Shown here one piece after another: positions 37,741-51,406 of a stretch of 64,000 nt of DNA. This DNA is from Octopus vulgaris (taxonomy: Eukaryota), in the NCBI GenBank assembly GCA_951406725.2, contig OX597815.1, positions 116,002,001-116,066,000 on the forward strand, read 5' to 3'. Position 1 is the first letter of the stretch, and each line of letters begins with the position of its first letter. Position numbers and translations under genes: made by a program. The notes under the pieces were generated by a model. That model was not told the origin of the DNA. It saw nothing but the letters and a program-made list of their open reading frames with translations, and searched no databases.

Positions 37741-39424
37741 GGAGTATAGAGATAGGAAGTCACCTACTACACAAGTATCTGACCAATTTACTGACTCTTA
37801 AAAAATGCATTTTCTCTCTTTTAACACCAAGCCTATTTTATAGTACAAAAAAAAAAAAAAGACAGAAATAGTACAAAATAAGATGAAGTTTATAATAACA
37901 TTGATGCGATAATACATGTTAATGTATTTTAAACTGACTATTATGAAATACTGGGTGCACAATTGTTGACGATGATTCCAACTAGAATTAAAACCTGCAT
38001 AGTCCCTCTTTTTCTGCCCTTAAACATATTGTATAGATGTATTGTTTACATTTGTTGTAACACATAGGGATGGGTTGTTTCATTAGAGGAAAGTTTTTAA
38101 GGCTTTTGTCATTCTGTTAACATGTGAGAATTTGGCATTATTCTTATACATCAATAGTTTTACTATTGATCTCTATTGATTTGTGAAGCAACTGGTTACT
38201 GTTATCTATAGACACCAGATGTTCCAATTGGCAAAAAAGTAAAAAAATAAATAAAATAAAAAATAACGATCATAAAGACTTCCGTGTTGGCTTGAAGTCA
38301 ATCAGTAAATTCCTTAGACTAGTGATACAACAACCAAATCATTCTTCAAAGAAATTCCAAGGGCTGTGTGGTGCACTCTATGAATTGTCAGGGCTTCAAA
38401 ACTAAATTGGACAATGAGTCAGTACCGAAAGAAAAACGTCTGACAGCTCTGTAGTAAAGTACTTTTTCAGACTGCATAAACTTATAATTCTGTCTGTGTA
38501 GTCTAGTTATTTTAAATCAAAAAAGTAATTTGCTAACATATTGGAGCAGATGGTAAGCATCTAATTTATATTTACAATGTTAAGTTTGTGAGTCACCATA
38601 TAAACTCTCAATTCTAATGCTGTCTTAATAATAGAACACATAACAAATGATGAGCTTTTAGATCCAAGCATTGTTTTACTTCACCCATCTGTGTATCTAA
38701 GTATATCTCTCTTTCTCACTCTCTCTCTCACACATGTACATATGGTGGTATGATAAAATCCATCCCGTCCATTCTGTAAAATGATTTGTTCTCATCCAAC
38801 TGTATATGCCATAGTAAAAACAAAGGAGTAACTAGAAAGAATCAACCTGTGCCAAATTAACATGTACAATAACTGAGATTGTTGGTTTTTCTTTGATGTT
38901 GGATGCCAGTTTCCAAAGAACTACTGTCAGTGGAGAGACATTGTGGGACCCATCCAACTCATACCAACATGAAAAGAGACAAACTTAAACTTAAAATAGT
39001 TGATGATAATGATGGCTGTAGGTAAATAATAGTTGAATCAGATTGCAGATTGTAATAGCTAATAACCAACACATAACATTTGAATACCTTGTAACATATT
39101 GGCAGAATTATGAACCTACTATAGCTAACCAGCTGATGATCAGTAAGGAGAGAAATGCAGTAATTCTTCCTCTGTTCTGACTATTGAGCAAGATACTGAT
39201 ATAAGAAAACAAATCTGAGAGGAATGTTTGTCTGGTGAATACATTAGCTCACTTTCTTTGCATCAGAAATTTGTATTATGAGTCAATGGATTCAAACAAC
39301 AATTTAGAGATTTGCTGATCAGAAATTCCTACCAGGTGTTCTTGTTCCAGGGAGAGTATGATTAGGTTATTCTCCTGCTAAAAATAGCAGCTAAATTTCT
39401 TCAAATCTTTTTCATCCTCACTAA

Positions 39425-39728
39425 TTAACATCCACTATTCATGTTTGTATGGGTCACACAGATTTCATATGGGCAGATGCTTTTCCTGACACCAACCCTA
39501 ATTTGTTCCAAGCAAGCTAACATTTAAGCATAGCTAGATATGTTTCTCACAGAAAACTGGAAACAAACAACCTTACTCAAATGACCATGATGCTCATATA
39601 TAACCATTACATGTTTAGACAAGGGTATACACACACAATGTGCTTTTTTCAGTTTCCATTTACCAGATTCAACTCACAAGGCTTTGGCAAGATACTGCAC
39701 AGTGGGACTGAACCAAAAACCACATGCT
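39425..39728 (-). mobile_element. Degraded tRNA-derived SINE
   Basis: ttccaagcaag, ttttcagtttccatttacca.att..actcacaaggctttgg, agtgggactgaacc. Confidence 0.65.
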
Positions 39729-42280
39729 TAATGTTTACTAGATTTACATATAAACACTGCAAGTTTATGGCTAAAATACTTTTGACTATAGCTCTGCTTA
39801 ATTAGGAATGAACTGAGACTAAAGAATAACTATTTGATATAGGAAGGCCTTTCCTCTTCAGTAAAAAAGACTTTATTCTCCTGCCACCTGTCGCATTTAT
39901 GTTGTTTGTTACATTTGAAAAGAATGTAGGTAGGGCTAAACTTACATTGTAATATCTCCATTCCTTCAAGGAAATTCAAACTAGCAATAAAGGCTAAGAA
40001 ATTGCTATGAAATGGAACACCCATGTGAAGATAAATGAAATAAGGAATACAGAGAGAAAAGAAAGAAACTATGAAAACAGTGGTCTATTGTTCATGTTCA
40101 GGTTGTTTTGTAGTTGTATGAAGGTTTTATCTTTGTAGTGTTGGTTGTCCCCCATATTACATTTACTAAAGTCTGTTGCAGGCTGTCTAGTATTGTTTGG
40201 GACAATGTAGTCACTATCATAGTAAATGGTGGGATGCACCTCTAATAATACTGTTTATTGTCACCATTTATTTTTTGTTTTTGTTTCTTATTCTTTTTCT
40301 CTCACTTCCTATTTGTTCTCTACTTTCGTTTGTTTATCTCCCACATATTAAGGCTAAACAAGATGAACATGTTTTTGTTTTTTTGTTAGTTTCCCTCCTA
40401 TTCTTTGTAATATTTGAATTTGAGAAAGATAACTGTACTTTTCTTTGTGGAGTCATTTTCTTTTTATGGAAATAATTATTAGTACTATTTGAGGCTTGTT
40501 AATATTGTTTCATTACAAAAGAAACATGAACACTCATTTCTCTGCAAATATACTCACATATGTACACAACTACCCAGTTGGTGAAAGAGCCTTGTTTCTG
40601 GGATAGAAATTGTTTCTGCATTGGTAAGAAATTTGTAAAATAAAACCAGAATATAAACATGCACACATTGTTAGATACATACATGCACACATACATAGAT
40701 ATCTACATGTACATTTGTATATATTTGTGCATACAGCTATCGATTTTTGTAGAAAGTTCATAAGACATGACAATCATCATGTTTACATGGCAAAAGAAGT
40801 GAAGTTATTTTGGTTATTTTTGATATGAACTTATGTCTGGACACAAATTGAACAAATACTTAACATAGTACAGAGGATGTTTTTGTTACTTGTAGCCAAA
40901 CTCTGTGACATTAAATGATGCAATTTTTAACTAGACATTGTGTTTCTTTATTATTTGTTGATTAAGAAGGCATACTATTGATAACTTCTGTCATTTAATA
41001 TCATCACAACACAAGAAGCATTGTATATCGATGCCAAGTAATAGATCTTGCATCAGCTTAGGCATTGGAATTTATCATGAGCAGCACAATGTTTTCATGT
41101 GAAGCATTCAATTTATGTTAAGAGACAATAGCTTAACACAGTGCCTTACTACTTATTCCCTTGCAAGTTCTTGACACTATCTTTCTCCATGAGAGTCATT
41201 GGATTATTTTCATTTCTTTTCATTTATTGAAACATTGTTATTGTACAACTAAAGTTATACTATTGCATCCTGGCTGAATGGTTAAGAAGTCTGCTTTGCA
41301 GCTATGAGGTTCCAGGCTTGAACCCATCAAATTGGTTCTTGGACAAATGTCATTTTCTGTAGCCTTAGGCTAGGCTGACTCATACTCTGTGAATGAAAAT
41401 GGTTTACTGGAAACTGTTTAGCAATCCATTAGTTGGTTTGTACCTCTAAGTCAAAGGGTCACATAGTATCAGGTTGTCTGAGAATTACATTAAGCATAAA
41501 CATGCTTTTATATATATATATATATATAAACTCTTTGTATTTTTAGTCTGTTACATATTGCCATTTGAATAAATGATTTGTGTGAACTACATGAAACTGT
41601 TAGGGTTCTAGAAGTTTGTAATAAAATAGACACACTCTACTTTGTGTAGGATATTCCTTCCATATGTAAACACAAATATTCAGCACTGCACACACACACA
41701 CACACACACACATTTATAATATTTCTTGTTATAATTAGCAAGTTGTTGTTTGTACATGACCTTTTTTAAAAAATAAAGTGGTTAAATCACACATTTCCAG
41801 ACCGCTCCCCAACTGCCCATTATAACAATCACTTCTCTCTTTAAGCAAACCATGCCTCTTCTCATACCAACAACCTCTCTCTTTTGGTCCTTCTCCACAA
41901 CTTACACCTCACTCCCTACATGTAGAAAAAGTCAATGTTGGGAGAGTGGGAGGGAATGTGTGTGTGTGAAAAAGAAGCCGATTGATGGAAACAAAAGAAG
42001 AGTGAAAGACAGAGGAGAGAAAATAAAATAGATTAAATGTTTTAGCTAAAGAGAGAGCATAAGGGAGTGAAATGGTGAAATAAAAAGTTTGTTGTTTATA
42101 CATAATATATGTGCACGTGTGCACAAATACATATGTTAGTACTTTGTACAGTATTTGTTTTCACAGCAATGCAGATAAATTGTCGAAGACTTTTACTTTT
42201 TGACAATTACAGTACCTATTAATGAGAGGTCAACCTTGTTAATTTATAAGGAAAAGAACAACCAATTATATTAACCCCCA

Positions 42281-42840
42281 GAACATTGGGCCTCACAGAG
42301 ACAATGACAGGAAACCAAGACCTTTGGAGATGTGTTGTGATTGAGAAGACCAGGCAACTAAAGTGAGATCGCGGCCATGGCTGATACCAGTGTTGCATAT
42401 CCAGACCATTTAAAAGTACTCTTGATGCGTCGGGCAATATGATATGCTTTGGAAGACCTGTTGAGTCAACCAAAATTATAGCTGATGTCAGTGCCCCATG
42501 ACTGTCCCTCGTTCCGGTGGCACATAAAATGCATCATCCGAATGTGGTTGATGCCAGTTCCCCCTGACTGGCTTCCATGCTGGTGTCATGTAAAAAGCAC
42601 CATCTGAACGTGGTCAATGTCAGGTCCGCCTGACTGGCTCCTGTGCTGGTGGCATGTAAAAAGTACCCACTATACTCTCCAAGTGATTGACATTAGGAAA
42701 GGCACCCAACTGTAGAAACATTGCCAGATTAGATTGGAGCCTGGTGCAACCACTGGCTTTCCAGACCTCAGTCAAACTGTCCAACCAATGCCAGCATGGA
42801 AAATGGATGTTAATCGATGATGATGATGATGATGATGATG
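42281..42840 (+). mobile_element. 5'-truncated RTE LINE 3' end with three 66-bp UTR units and (GAT)n tail
   Basis: TLGLTETMT...DLWRCVVIEKTRQ, homologous to 62700-62790; units at 42486, 42552 and 42618; tail 42816-42840. Confidence 0.85.
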
Positions 42841-43117
42841 AATATATAATGTACAAACATTATCTGATATAGAACTAAAATACCTGTGTTGAGTGGAAAG
42901 ATATATTTAGTATATCAAAGAATGACAGGCTATTGGAGTTTCTTTGGGCAGCTATTAGCAATCTGTTGCCATGTGAAACTCAAGTAGGGTTACTTTATTT
43001 TTATTTTCCTTTTTTTTTTGATATAATAAACATGATATATATGTATAGGTGCATATGTGTATATTTGTATAGATTTTTCATTTGTTCATTTTACATGTTT
43101 CTCCATGCATATATAAA

Positions 43118-43121
<4 letters not shown>

Positions 43122-43178
<57 letters not shown>

Positions 43179-43257
43179 CTACATATATTTATGTATGATG
43201 ATGATGATGATGTATATATGCTTGTAAATTTGTGCATATATGAATGTATATGCATGC

Positions 43258-43289
<32 letters not shown>

Positions 43290-43290
43290 G
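43122..43290. repeat. Compound (TA)n/(TG)n/(GAT)n microsatellite region
   Basis: Direct reading; explains ORFs 42933-43409 and 43121-43354. Confidence 0.9.
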
Positions 43291-43662
43291 CATGTGTATG
43301 TACATACATACACACAAGCATAGCTGTGTGGTTGAAATGTTCACTTCCCGACACAGTTTTGGATTCAATCTCACTGCATCACACCTCAGGCAGATGTCTT
43401 CTGCTATAGATTTGGGCTGACCAAAGCCTTGTGAGTGGGGTGAATTTAGCAGATGGAAACTGAAAGAAGCCTGTCCTATATGTCTATAGTTGTGTTTGTT
43501 TACATTTGATCATGTCTTATGATCAGTGATTTGTCATTTCTTCTGTCAACAAGTTGTTCACTTTGTGCTTTTGAAGCTGTCTGAAGTAAGAGATCCCTTA
43601 TTTGAAAAGCAGATAAGAGATCTCTTATTTGAAAATAGATAGCCACTACACCATATGCCCAC

Positions 43663-43733
43663 GGGTATATGGCGTAGTGGTTAAGAACGCGAGCTACTAA
43701 CCCCAAGATTCCGAGTTCGATTCCAGGCAGTGA

Positions 43734-43735
<2 letters not shown>
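43663..43735 (+). promoter_or_regulatory. tRNA-derived head with intact Pol III A and B boxes
   Basis: A box TGGCGTAGTGG (43670-43680); B box GAGTTCGATTCC (43713-43724); D-stem GCGT/ACGC; acceptor and T stems imperfect. Confidence 0.75.
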
Positions 43736-43775
<40 letters not shown>

Positions 43776-43833
43776 CAACAACAACATTGAAAAATACCTT
43801 ATGAATGAGAACCCAGGTTTGAAATTTCCCCAA

Positions 43834-43876
43834 GACACCTGATGAAGGCTAGAGGGTATATCAGCCGAAACGTGTT
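43834..43876 (+). ncRNA. Minimal type I hammerhead ribozyme motif (3-nt deletion at the cleavage triplet)
   Basis: GACAC-CTGATGA-A-GGCTA-gagggtatat-CAGCC-GAAA-C-GTGTT: core intact and helix I GACAC/GUGUU pairs, but GTT is missing relative to 4356-4401. Confidence 0.7.
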
Positions 43877-46140
43877 AACAATAAACAAGATGAAGACAAA
43901 TATCCATCAATTGTAAATAATGCAAATAAGAGTTAGTGACATGAATAGCATCCTGTTGTAAGAAAATGTCTCAATAACATATTTGTCTAACCTATGCAAA
44001 CATGGGAAAATGGATGTAAATATGAACTGTGTGTGTCAAATATTAATATTTACAATATATGCAAATTTTAATCTGATAGAAAATATCGAATAGAAATTTA
44101 GAATATTTACTCTTATGTCTTTAGTCAATAGTTTAGTGTATCTGTAATGTAGAAACTTGCAAACAAGCTGATGTAACTAAACAAATGTTTAATCTGATAT
44201 AACCTTAAATACTTTTTTCTTTGAAAGAGTAGATCAAATATCTTTTTATCAGGTTGTCAATAGCTGCTGGTTTTGTAAATTTCAAAATGAAATTCACTAA
44301 CAAAATCAAAATGAGCTGTGTACCATATGAATTTTTGTAATTTAAAAAATTTTTTGATGAGAGTGAATTAGTCCATTTATGTGTAATTTGAAATATTTGA
44401 AGATACAGTTGGAGGATATATATGTAGGAGCTATAAGTGAGTATTGAAGACTTTTGGAGAGTTGGATTATTTTATTGTTGAATGTTGGAGTTTAGAAAAG
44501 ATGTGTCATGTTGAGAAGCAAGAAAGTGGTGATTGGAGTGTTTTTTAATAGAATTGGAATCAAATCAGCATGTTCAGAATATGAACAATTGTAGAAAGGC
44601 TACAAAAGGTATAGAGAAAACAACTTGATAAAAGGTTAGAAGTAACTGGAGAAAGGTGGTGGTACAAGCTCATTCAGTTTTTGATAACATAGATTTAAAC
44701 TGGAGAAGAAAAATATACTTTTTTTATCATATTGGTTATTTTAAAATTCTGTTCATTTGAATTCATTCTTTCATCATGTAACATGTCAAAAACCATCTAT
44801 ATAACATTGATTTTGAAGTAATATGAGCAAATTTAGATTTACTTCAATTATAGAAAGAATGTGTTCTCGAAGTGGCTAGTATTCATGCTGAACAATCTCA
44901 TTTTTCTATGAATAATATCTGTGAATGCATTGGATTTGCTATTCATTAAAACTCTGTTAGGACAGTTAAGGACATATTAATTTTTTTTATATGGTTAGTT
45001 CTGTCTATAACTTTCTACGAGTACAACTTAAAGTTTAATATTGACATCAAGTTTTTAAATAAAATATTTAAGCAAATTTGTTGTTCATTTAGCAAAAGCT
45101 ACCATCATCTGCTCTTTCTCTTAGGCAATGCATTGTCCAATGTGCGCTTCCGTTTTAAGATAGGAAAAATTTGAGGTCTGTTTTGCTGGTGTATCTAGTA
45201 GTTTGTGCAATTATGCAGAGGCATTTTCGTTGCATCAGGAAATTGCTTATTTTCTGATGTATCAAATCAGTTTCTGCTTGCAACATGAGGAAAAATAAAT
45301 AAGCCAGTGGTTTAATATCTAATTGTATTTGATGGAGTATCAGGTGTAGCTAGTGCAGTTTAAAATACTGGAAGTTAGAAGTTGGTAGACAACAATAGAA
45401 GATAAAAACCATCAGATTTAAACTGTTAGTTCTTTTCATATTAATCACACTGAGTATGAACTGTTTATAAGGTATAACCCTTCTTAAATTAAAACTTATT
45501 ATTTCTAGTAATCTGATAATTATCAAGTTAAAAAAATGATTATTTTGTCTATATGAAATACTAGTCAATTTACAAAGTCCTATTAAATCTTTATTTTGCA
45601 AATTTAACTGAAGCCTATGAGAATAGGGTTAAATTAAAAAGATTCATATATCAATTAAAGTTTGTAATTGGTGTATATATGTTTGTTGGTACTTATGAGT
45701 TTTGTCTCTTCAAATTAGGTGAAAATTGAATGTGAATTTATAGTTTACAGAGCTCAATGATTGTTAGAAGCTTGATGTGCTGTTACCCTCTTAATGATTC
45801 CTTTTAAAGGAAGGTGAAAGAATGGTGCAACAATTAGATTCTTTTCATGTAAAATGCTTCCAGCTAGGAATCAACTGGATTATAATTGAATGGAACCTTG
45901 ATTTTACTCCATTGTATTTGCCACATAAAAATATACATACAAAGGTAGATGCAGAAAGATGTATTGAGACGGGTTTGTTACATTTCAGGTTAACATTTTT
46001 TAAAATTAGCTTCTCTGCCTTTCTTTTGTCTTGACCTTACAATGAATGGTTTTTCATGTTCAAATTATTGTAGGTTCTCCATATTATATTTAAAAAAAAA
46101 CAAAAAACAAAAAAAAAAACTGAGAGCTATTACTGTTCTA

Positions 46141-46292
46141 GTTTTTCTCTATTTAGCTATTTACATGTTACTTGTTAAAAATTTCACCTGAGATGTTTGT
46201 TTCTCTTTAGCAAAGTAGAAATATGAACCATTTCCTTGTTTTCATACATGAAATATCCTGCAGCTAACAGCTTCCTGTGCTTTTGAATGGAA
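46141..46292 (+). repeat. Copy 1 of a direct duplication of about 152 bp (copy 2 at 49325-49475)
   Basis: Manual alignment gives about 6 differences (5 substitutions, 1 indel). Confidence 0.95.
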
Positions 46293-47869
46293 TTTTAATT
46301 CTTATATTCTAAATCTGAGCCTCTAGTAATTCAAATTAGTCTTCATTTTTATTGTATATTTTGTATTTGTCTTTTCCTATGTATCAGTTCAGCATTTATT
46401 TTACTCTTTAGGTTTCAAGGTTCTAATTCTCAGTTAAATATCTTTGCTTTGCTGAACCTTACATATTCAAAATTATTGATTTCTTTTGTAGCCAAATAAC
46501 CAATTTTTGTAGTGTGAAGATATAGTTTATTGAATTGATCTTTGTATACTTTTGATACTTGTTTTGTTGAAAAAAGTTAGTTTCGGCTTCAAATTAACTA
46601 CTTCTGTGCATTTAGTTTGGTACTTTTAAGAACTTTCATGTGTTATGTAAGCTTTTCTGCGTCCCCGCATCAGCTAATAAAGAATAGTTGAATTTGTTAA
46701 GTTTTGATACAGATGCAACTGAAATGTGGCTGGTTATCCTACAAATACTTACCTGTATATGATTTTGTTTTTTTAAATGTTGTCATCTGTCATCACATGA
46801 CATTTTGATTGAAGAAAATTTGTTTGAACCCATGAGATTCCATGATAGTTAAATATTTATTCTGCTGAAGTTCTACTATTTACAACCAGCAATAAACTAA
46901 ATTACAGCAAGACTGTGAGATGCAGCAGCCTTAGCCATAAAGTTTAACATTTTATTACTGGGACATTTTTACTTTACTCTTGAAAGTAAAGAACTTAAAA
47001 TGTTGTACAATATGTATTTGTATACATTACAGCAATTGTGCTGTAAGAAGGTTGCTTATATTATACAAGTTTGTTTATATTTGGGAGGAACTTCTAGTAC
47101 ATTTATTTCCTGAATAAACATCTGCCAAGTAATTTCTGTTGTGTATTCTATTGTAATTAACTTAAGAGATGGAATATCTATATTTAGGGTTGGTACAGTG
47201 CCAACAAGATGTTCAATATTAATTAAAATATTGGTAGTTTATGTCAGTTTATCAGTGACATTTTTTATTCATTTCTAAGTCAATATTAATTAAAAATCTT
47301 GCATCTGTTGAACTCTCAAATTAATTTTATTCCTTTAACATTAACCCATAAAGTAACACAAAATAAATGTAAATACATAACAAAAAGAAAAGCTGAACTA
47401 ACTGAAATAATATTAATTACTATAATTTTAGATATGTGTTTTTATACACACGTTTTAATTGTCTTCTCTGCAAACTACTTAAACAGAATTGTGAGTTCTG
47501 CAACTTTATAAAGATTGTCGTTAACTTCTAGAAAAAGATATCTGTTACTATAATGACATTTGATATTTATTCACATAATTTTTCCTTTTTATTTTAAATT
47601 TAAGTTTGACAACTTTTTAAACCTATAACATTTTAAAACTGGAAAATGAATTAGGTTATGAAGATGGTCCAAATAATATGAATCTTGTTAACTTATCAAA
47701 CAGAGAGTATGTATGTGCATGCATTAGTTTGATAGACTAGCTGCTTTTAGTTGATATTAAGCTTTCAAGACTTAGGGTGTCAACATAAATCTCCATCACT
47801 GATATTGTATGTGGCACACTTTATATATCACCAGTGACACTTTGTAAGGTTTGAGAATAGATATGGAAA

Positions 47870-48480
47870 TCTATGCACATTCATTTTTTCCATCCTTTTG
47901 TGGAGTGACACAGTATATTCTGGCAGATTTTCTATGACTGGATGCTCTTCCTGGTGCCAACTTTTGTCTGCCTCCAAACTAGATATTTCCCCATGGCTAG
48001 TTATGTTCTTGCTGAATATTGAAAATAAATAATTCTGTTTGTACGACTGTGACAATCATTTTACAACTATCATCCAACGTTGAGATAAGGAGACGTAAAC
48101 ACACACATCTATGTCTCTCTGCCTACCTAAATTTCAATGAGTCTCTTTTTGATACTGCTTCCTCTTTCAGACCTTTCAAGTATTCACCATGTATTTCTTT
48201 GTGTGATTATTCCATAATTATTTTTTCTCCCCAATACTTTTTGTATTCATTGACATTAATGATATTATTTTTTATCCATTCTTTTTTCATTTCCTATCGT
48301 AACCCATGTAATATAATAATAATGCTGATGATAATAATAACAATGATAATTTCACCTATGGTGAAATTTACCATGGCAGAATATACCGTGGTGGAATTTA
48401 CCAATGGTGGAATTTATCAGTCACCATATATACATATATACACGATCTACCAAATTCCATTCCCAAGGCTTTAGTTGACC
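47870..48480 (-). mobile_element. tRNA-derived SINE fragments with an internal insertion ending in 15-bp palindromic tandem units (48358-48427)
   Basis: atatttccccatggc, aatattgaaaataaat, and atctaccaaattccattcccaaggcttt; internal atggtggaatttacc-type units x4. Confidence 0.6.
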
Positions 48481-48650
48481 CATTATACTAAATGATTCTG
48501 TAAACATCTCACAAACCAAAGTGAACATTTAAATAGATCACTCTGTAAGGCTTACAGTTAACAGTCCAAACTAATTATTATTCTTTTTTTTCTTTCTAAA
48601 TAAAATTTTGATATTGTGGAAGATTTTAATGAAACTGTTTCAATCTGTAA

Positions 48651-48971
<321 letters not shown>

Positions 48972-49324
48972 TAAGTAGCTTTTCTTTTCATACTTCATAT
49001 AAACTATTTCAAATTTTTATGACAAAGGGTTAATTATGCAGCAACACCCACATTTAATGGAGTATTCTCAATTTTAGAATCAAGTAGTTGTAATAATATT
49101 TTGAAAATTTTTGCATTTTAAAAGTTGACATTTGAGGGCTTTTTTATTGTATTTGCTGCTTTACATTTGTCTTTCTCTGCTTGCATGGGTGTGATGAGTT
49201 GTTTTGTTGTGGAAATTGTTTTATACTGGGATGCTGTTTCTATTAATAATCAGCTGAGGTATGGAAGTAAACACAGTTGCCAATAAAGCATACAGAATTG
49301 TGTCTTGCCTGGGTACAGCATAGT

Positions 49325-49475
49325 GTTTTCCTCTTTTTAGCTATTTACATGTTACTTTTAAAAATTTCACCTGAGATGTTTGTTTCTCTTTAGCAAAATA
49401 GAAATATGAACCATTTCCTTGTTTTCATACATGAAATATCCTGCAGCTAACAGCTTCTTGTACTTTTGAATGGAA
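49325..49475 (+). repeat. Copy 2 of the 152-bp direct duplication
   Basis: Near-identical to 46141-46292; agtgt overlaps both junctions (49322-49326, 49475-49479). Confidence 0.95.
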
Positions 49476-50320
49476 GTGTAAATGCATAAACATGTGGTCT
49501 GTAGTGTGGCACTTTGCCCTTATAACTTATATGCTTCTCAAAAAATTAAACTTTTCTTGTTTTCTTCAATGTAATATCCTATTTATTAGGAGAGAGACTT
49601 CATGGTTTTAATACTTTCCCCAGTAATTCCAATGAAGAATCAAAATGGGAATCTTAGCTGTGACATCAGAATGCCTACCTCTAATTGGTGTTTATTAAGG
49701 ATTTATGATAATTTATTAGATTTAAGACAGAAGGGATAACTAGCAACTTTGTATTGTGCTTGTGGGTTTACCCTCAAATGATTTCAGATCATCTTGGAGA
49801 AGAGTATTTACAACCTTGATAGTAAAGTATTCATGCAGCAATGTAGTTTGAATGATTTAATGGAAAGGAAGGAATTTATGGTTGATAGTCTTACATTCTT
49901 TTAATTTCTATTGAAAGCAAGGCTTGTAACTCTCATAAAAAAAAAAAAATAAAAAAAAAAAAACAACTCTGGAAAGCCATCAAACAATTAGGTATTATCA
50001 TTAATTGCAAAGTAAATGACTTCACAAATCACCACTTACAGTTTTATGGCAGACTTACCAAAAATCTATGCAAACTGCTGACGGATACTCAAAGGTAAAA
50101 TAATAGCTCTAACTATGAATAGAAAGTTTCATGTGGATTGATAAGTTTCTCCTGTCTATTGACATACAATAATTATTATGCAGTACTGTAGGAGTTTTTA
50201 TATAGTTGCTTGACAGGTTAGGAATAGCTGTCAAATTGTGTGTATGATGATTTGTGAGTCTGGAAGACAAAGGCTAGGGGTGAATATCCCAAGAGAAAAT
50301 CTTACTGTGGTCAGCTTTAA

Positions 50321-51406
50321 CCCTTTCATTACCAAACCGCCTAAAGCCACCCGAAAAAAATTTTGGTTAATGTGACCAAACTTACCAAACCCGCCCATAT
50401 TTACCTATTCATATTTAAATGAGAATATCAGAGCAAATCTCTTTAGTACATTCGTGAAAACACGTATTATACTTCGTAAACAGTTCATCTACAGTTTTGT
50501 ACAATAATCGAAGTGTAATTTTAATTCCGTGAATTTTGGGAGATTTTTTTCCGAAATTTGTTCCTATTGTGTTTTCAAAATTTGTAATTTTGACAAAAAA
50601 TGGATACAAATTTCATTATATCAAGCAGCGAGTCAGAATTCGAAGGATTTTCTACTGAAGACCTTGATAAATCTAACTCTATAACTGAAAAAAAAAAAAG
50701 TACGTGGTATTTGATAATGAACCTGATGTTTGATTTTCCGAAAGTGAAAACAGTGAATCCGAGAGCTCCGACAGCGATAAAGAAATTGAATTGGCACCTG
50801 AATGGAGTGAAAATTTAAAAACTGTTTCTTTCGGTGATTTTTCTGAAGAAACTGGACCAAGCCACAGACTTTCCCAGGAGAGTAAAGCCTTAGACTATTT
50901 CTTTTTACTTTTTCGAATGAGCCTATTTGAAATCATTATGGTGGAATTGAACCGTTATGCTAAATGTAAACAAAGTGAAAGAAAGGATAGTTAGTGGTTT
51001 CCCACAACCTTAAATGAAATTAAGACTATTTTGCCATAAATATTATTATGGGTATCAGAAAGTTACCCAGAATAACAAATTCTATCGTAAAATTTTGTTG
51101 TATACCCAATTGAATATTAGCTAATAACCCATTTTCTATAGTGATGTTTGAACAAAATTTTAATAATTTTATATTTTGTTGAATTTACCTGTATCTACCT
51201 GCAATTAGTCACTTTGTGACAAAAATTATAGTATAGAATTGGTTGAGAACATTTCATTAAATTATCTTCCAAAAATCAGATTAATATATTGATAAATAAA
51301 AAAGTTATAGTTGTTTAATGAAACCAGACTAAATTTATGATTATGTTAGAAATTAATTGAAACACATAAGAGGTGTATTTTGGTCAGAAATATAGTAACG
51401 AAAGGG
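50321..51406 (+). mobile_element. Internally deleted piggyBac transposon (1086 bp)
   Basis: TIRs CCCTTTCATTAC / GTAACGAAAGGG; TTAA at 50317-50320 and 51407-51410; contains a transposase N-terminal remnant. Confidence 0.92.
50600..51085 (+). pseudogene. piggyBac (PGBD-like) transposase N-terminal fragment, frameshifted and truncated
   Basis: Acidic/Ser-rich start (SSSESEFEGFSTEDL), then ALDYFFLLF...FEIIMVELNRYA...*WFPTTLNEIK...IIMGIRKLPRI, typical piggyBac motifs; the catalytic DDD region is absent. Confidence 0.85.

Larger units (their letters stand above)
43640..43925 (+). mobile_element. Fold-back element B, second copy (one full arm plus about 20 bp of the other)
   Basis: ccactacaccatatgccc-ac-gggtatatggcgtagtgg hairpin, tRNA-like head, (AAT)n(AAC)n and a hammerhead motif, colinear with 4536-4758; ataagag at 43613-43619 and 43926-43932 is a candidate TSD. 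Confidence 0.9.
43316..44020 (+). mobile_element. tRNA-derived SINE interrupted by a fold-back element B copy
   Basis: Head gctgtgtggttgaaatgttcacttccc...gaaactgaaagaagcc; host sequence resumes as ttagtgacatgaatagcatcc...catgggaaaatggatgtaaa after the insertion. Confidence 0.7.

Noticed and set aside
43663-43735. Functional tRNA-Ser(ACT) gene (also 4461-4533 and 4536-4608)
   Set aside because: Acceptor, anticodon and T stems pair poorly, there is no downstream oligo-T terminator, and it is embedded in a mobile palindrome; better read as a SINE-type head.
42933-43838. ORFs of 158 aa and 112 aa with poly-YI, poly-CV and poly-L
   Set aside because: Microsatellite translations within SINE and fold-back sequence.
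48019-48474. 151-aa ORF upstream of the exon
   Set aside because: Spans a SINE fragment, low-complexity (ATA)n and 15-bp tandem units; composition is not protein-like.
50500-51085. FAM102-piggyBac fusion exon (CSB-PGBD3-like exon trap)
   Set aside because: No good AG acceptor just upstream of the transposase ATG, and the ORF is frameshifted, has stops and is truncated.
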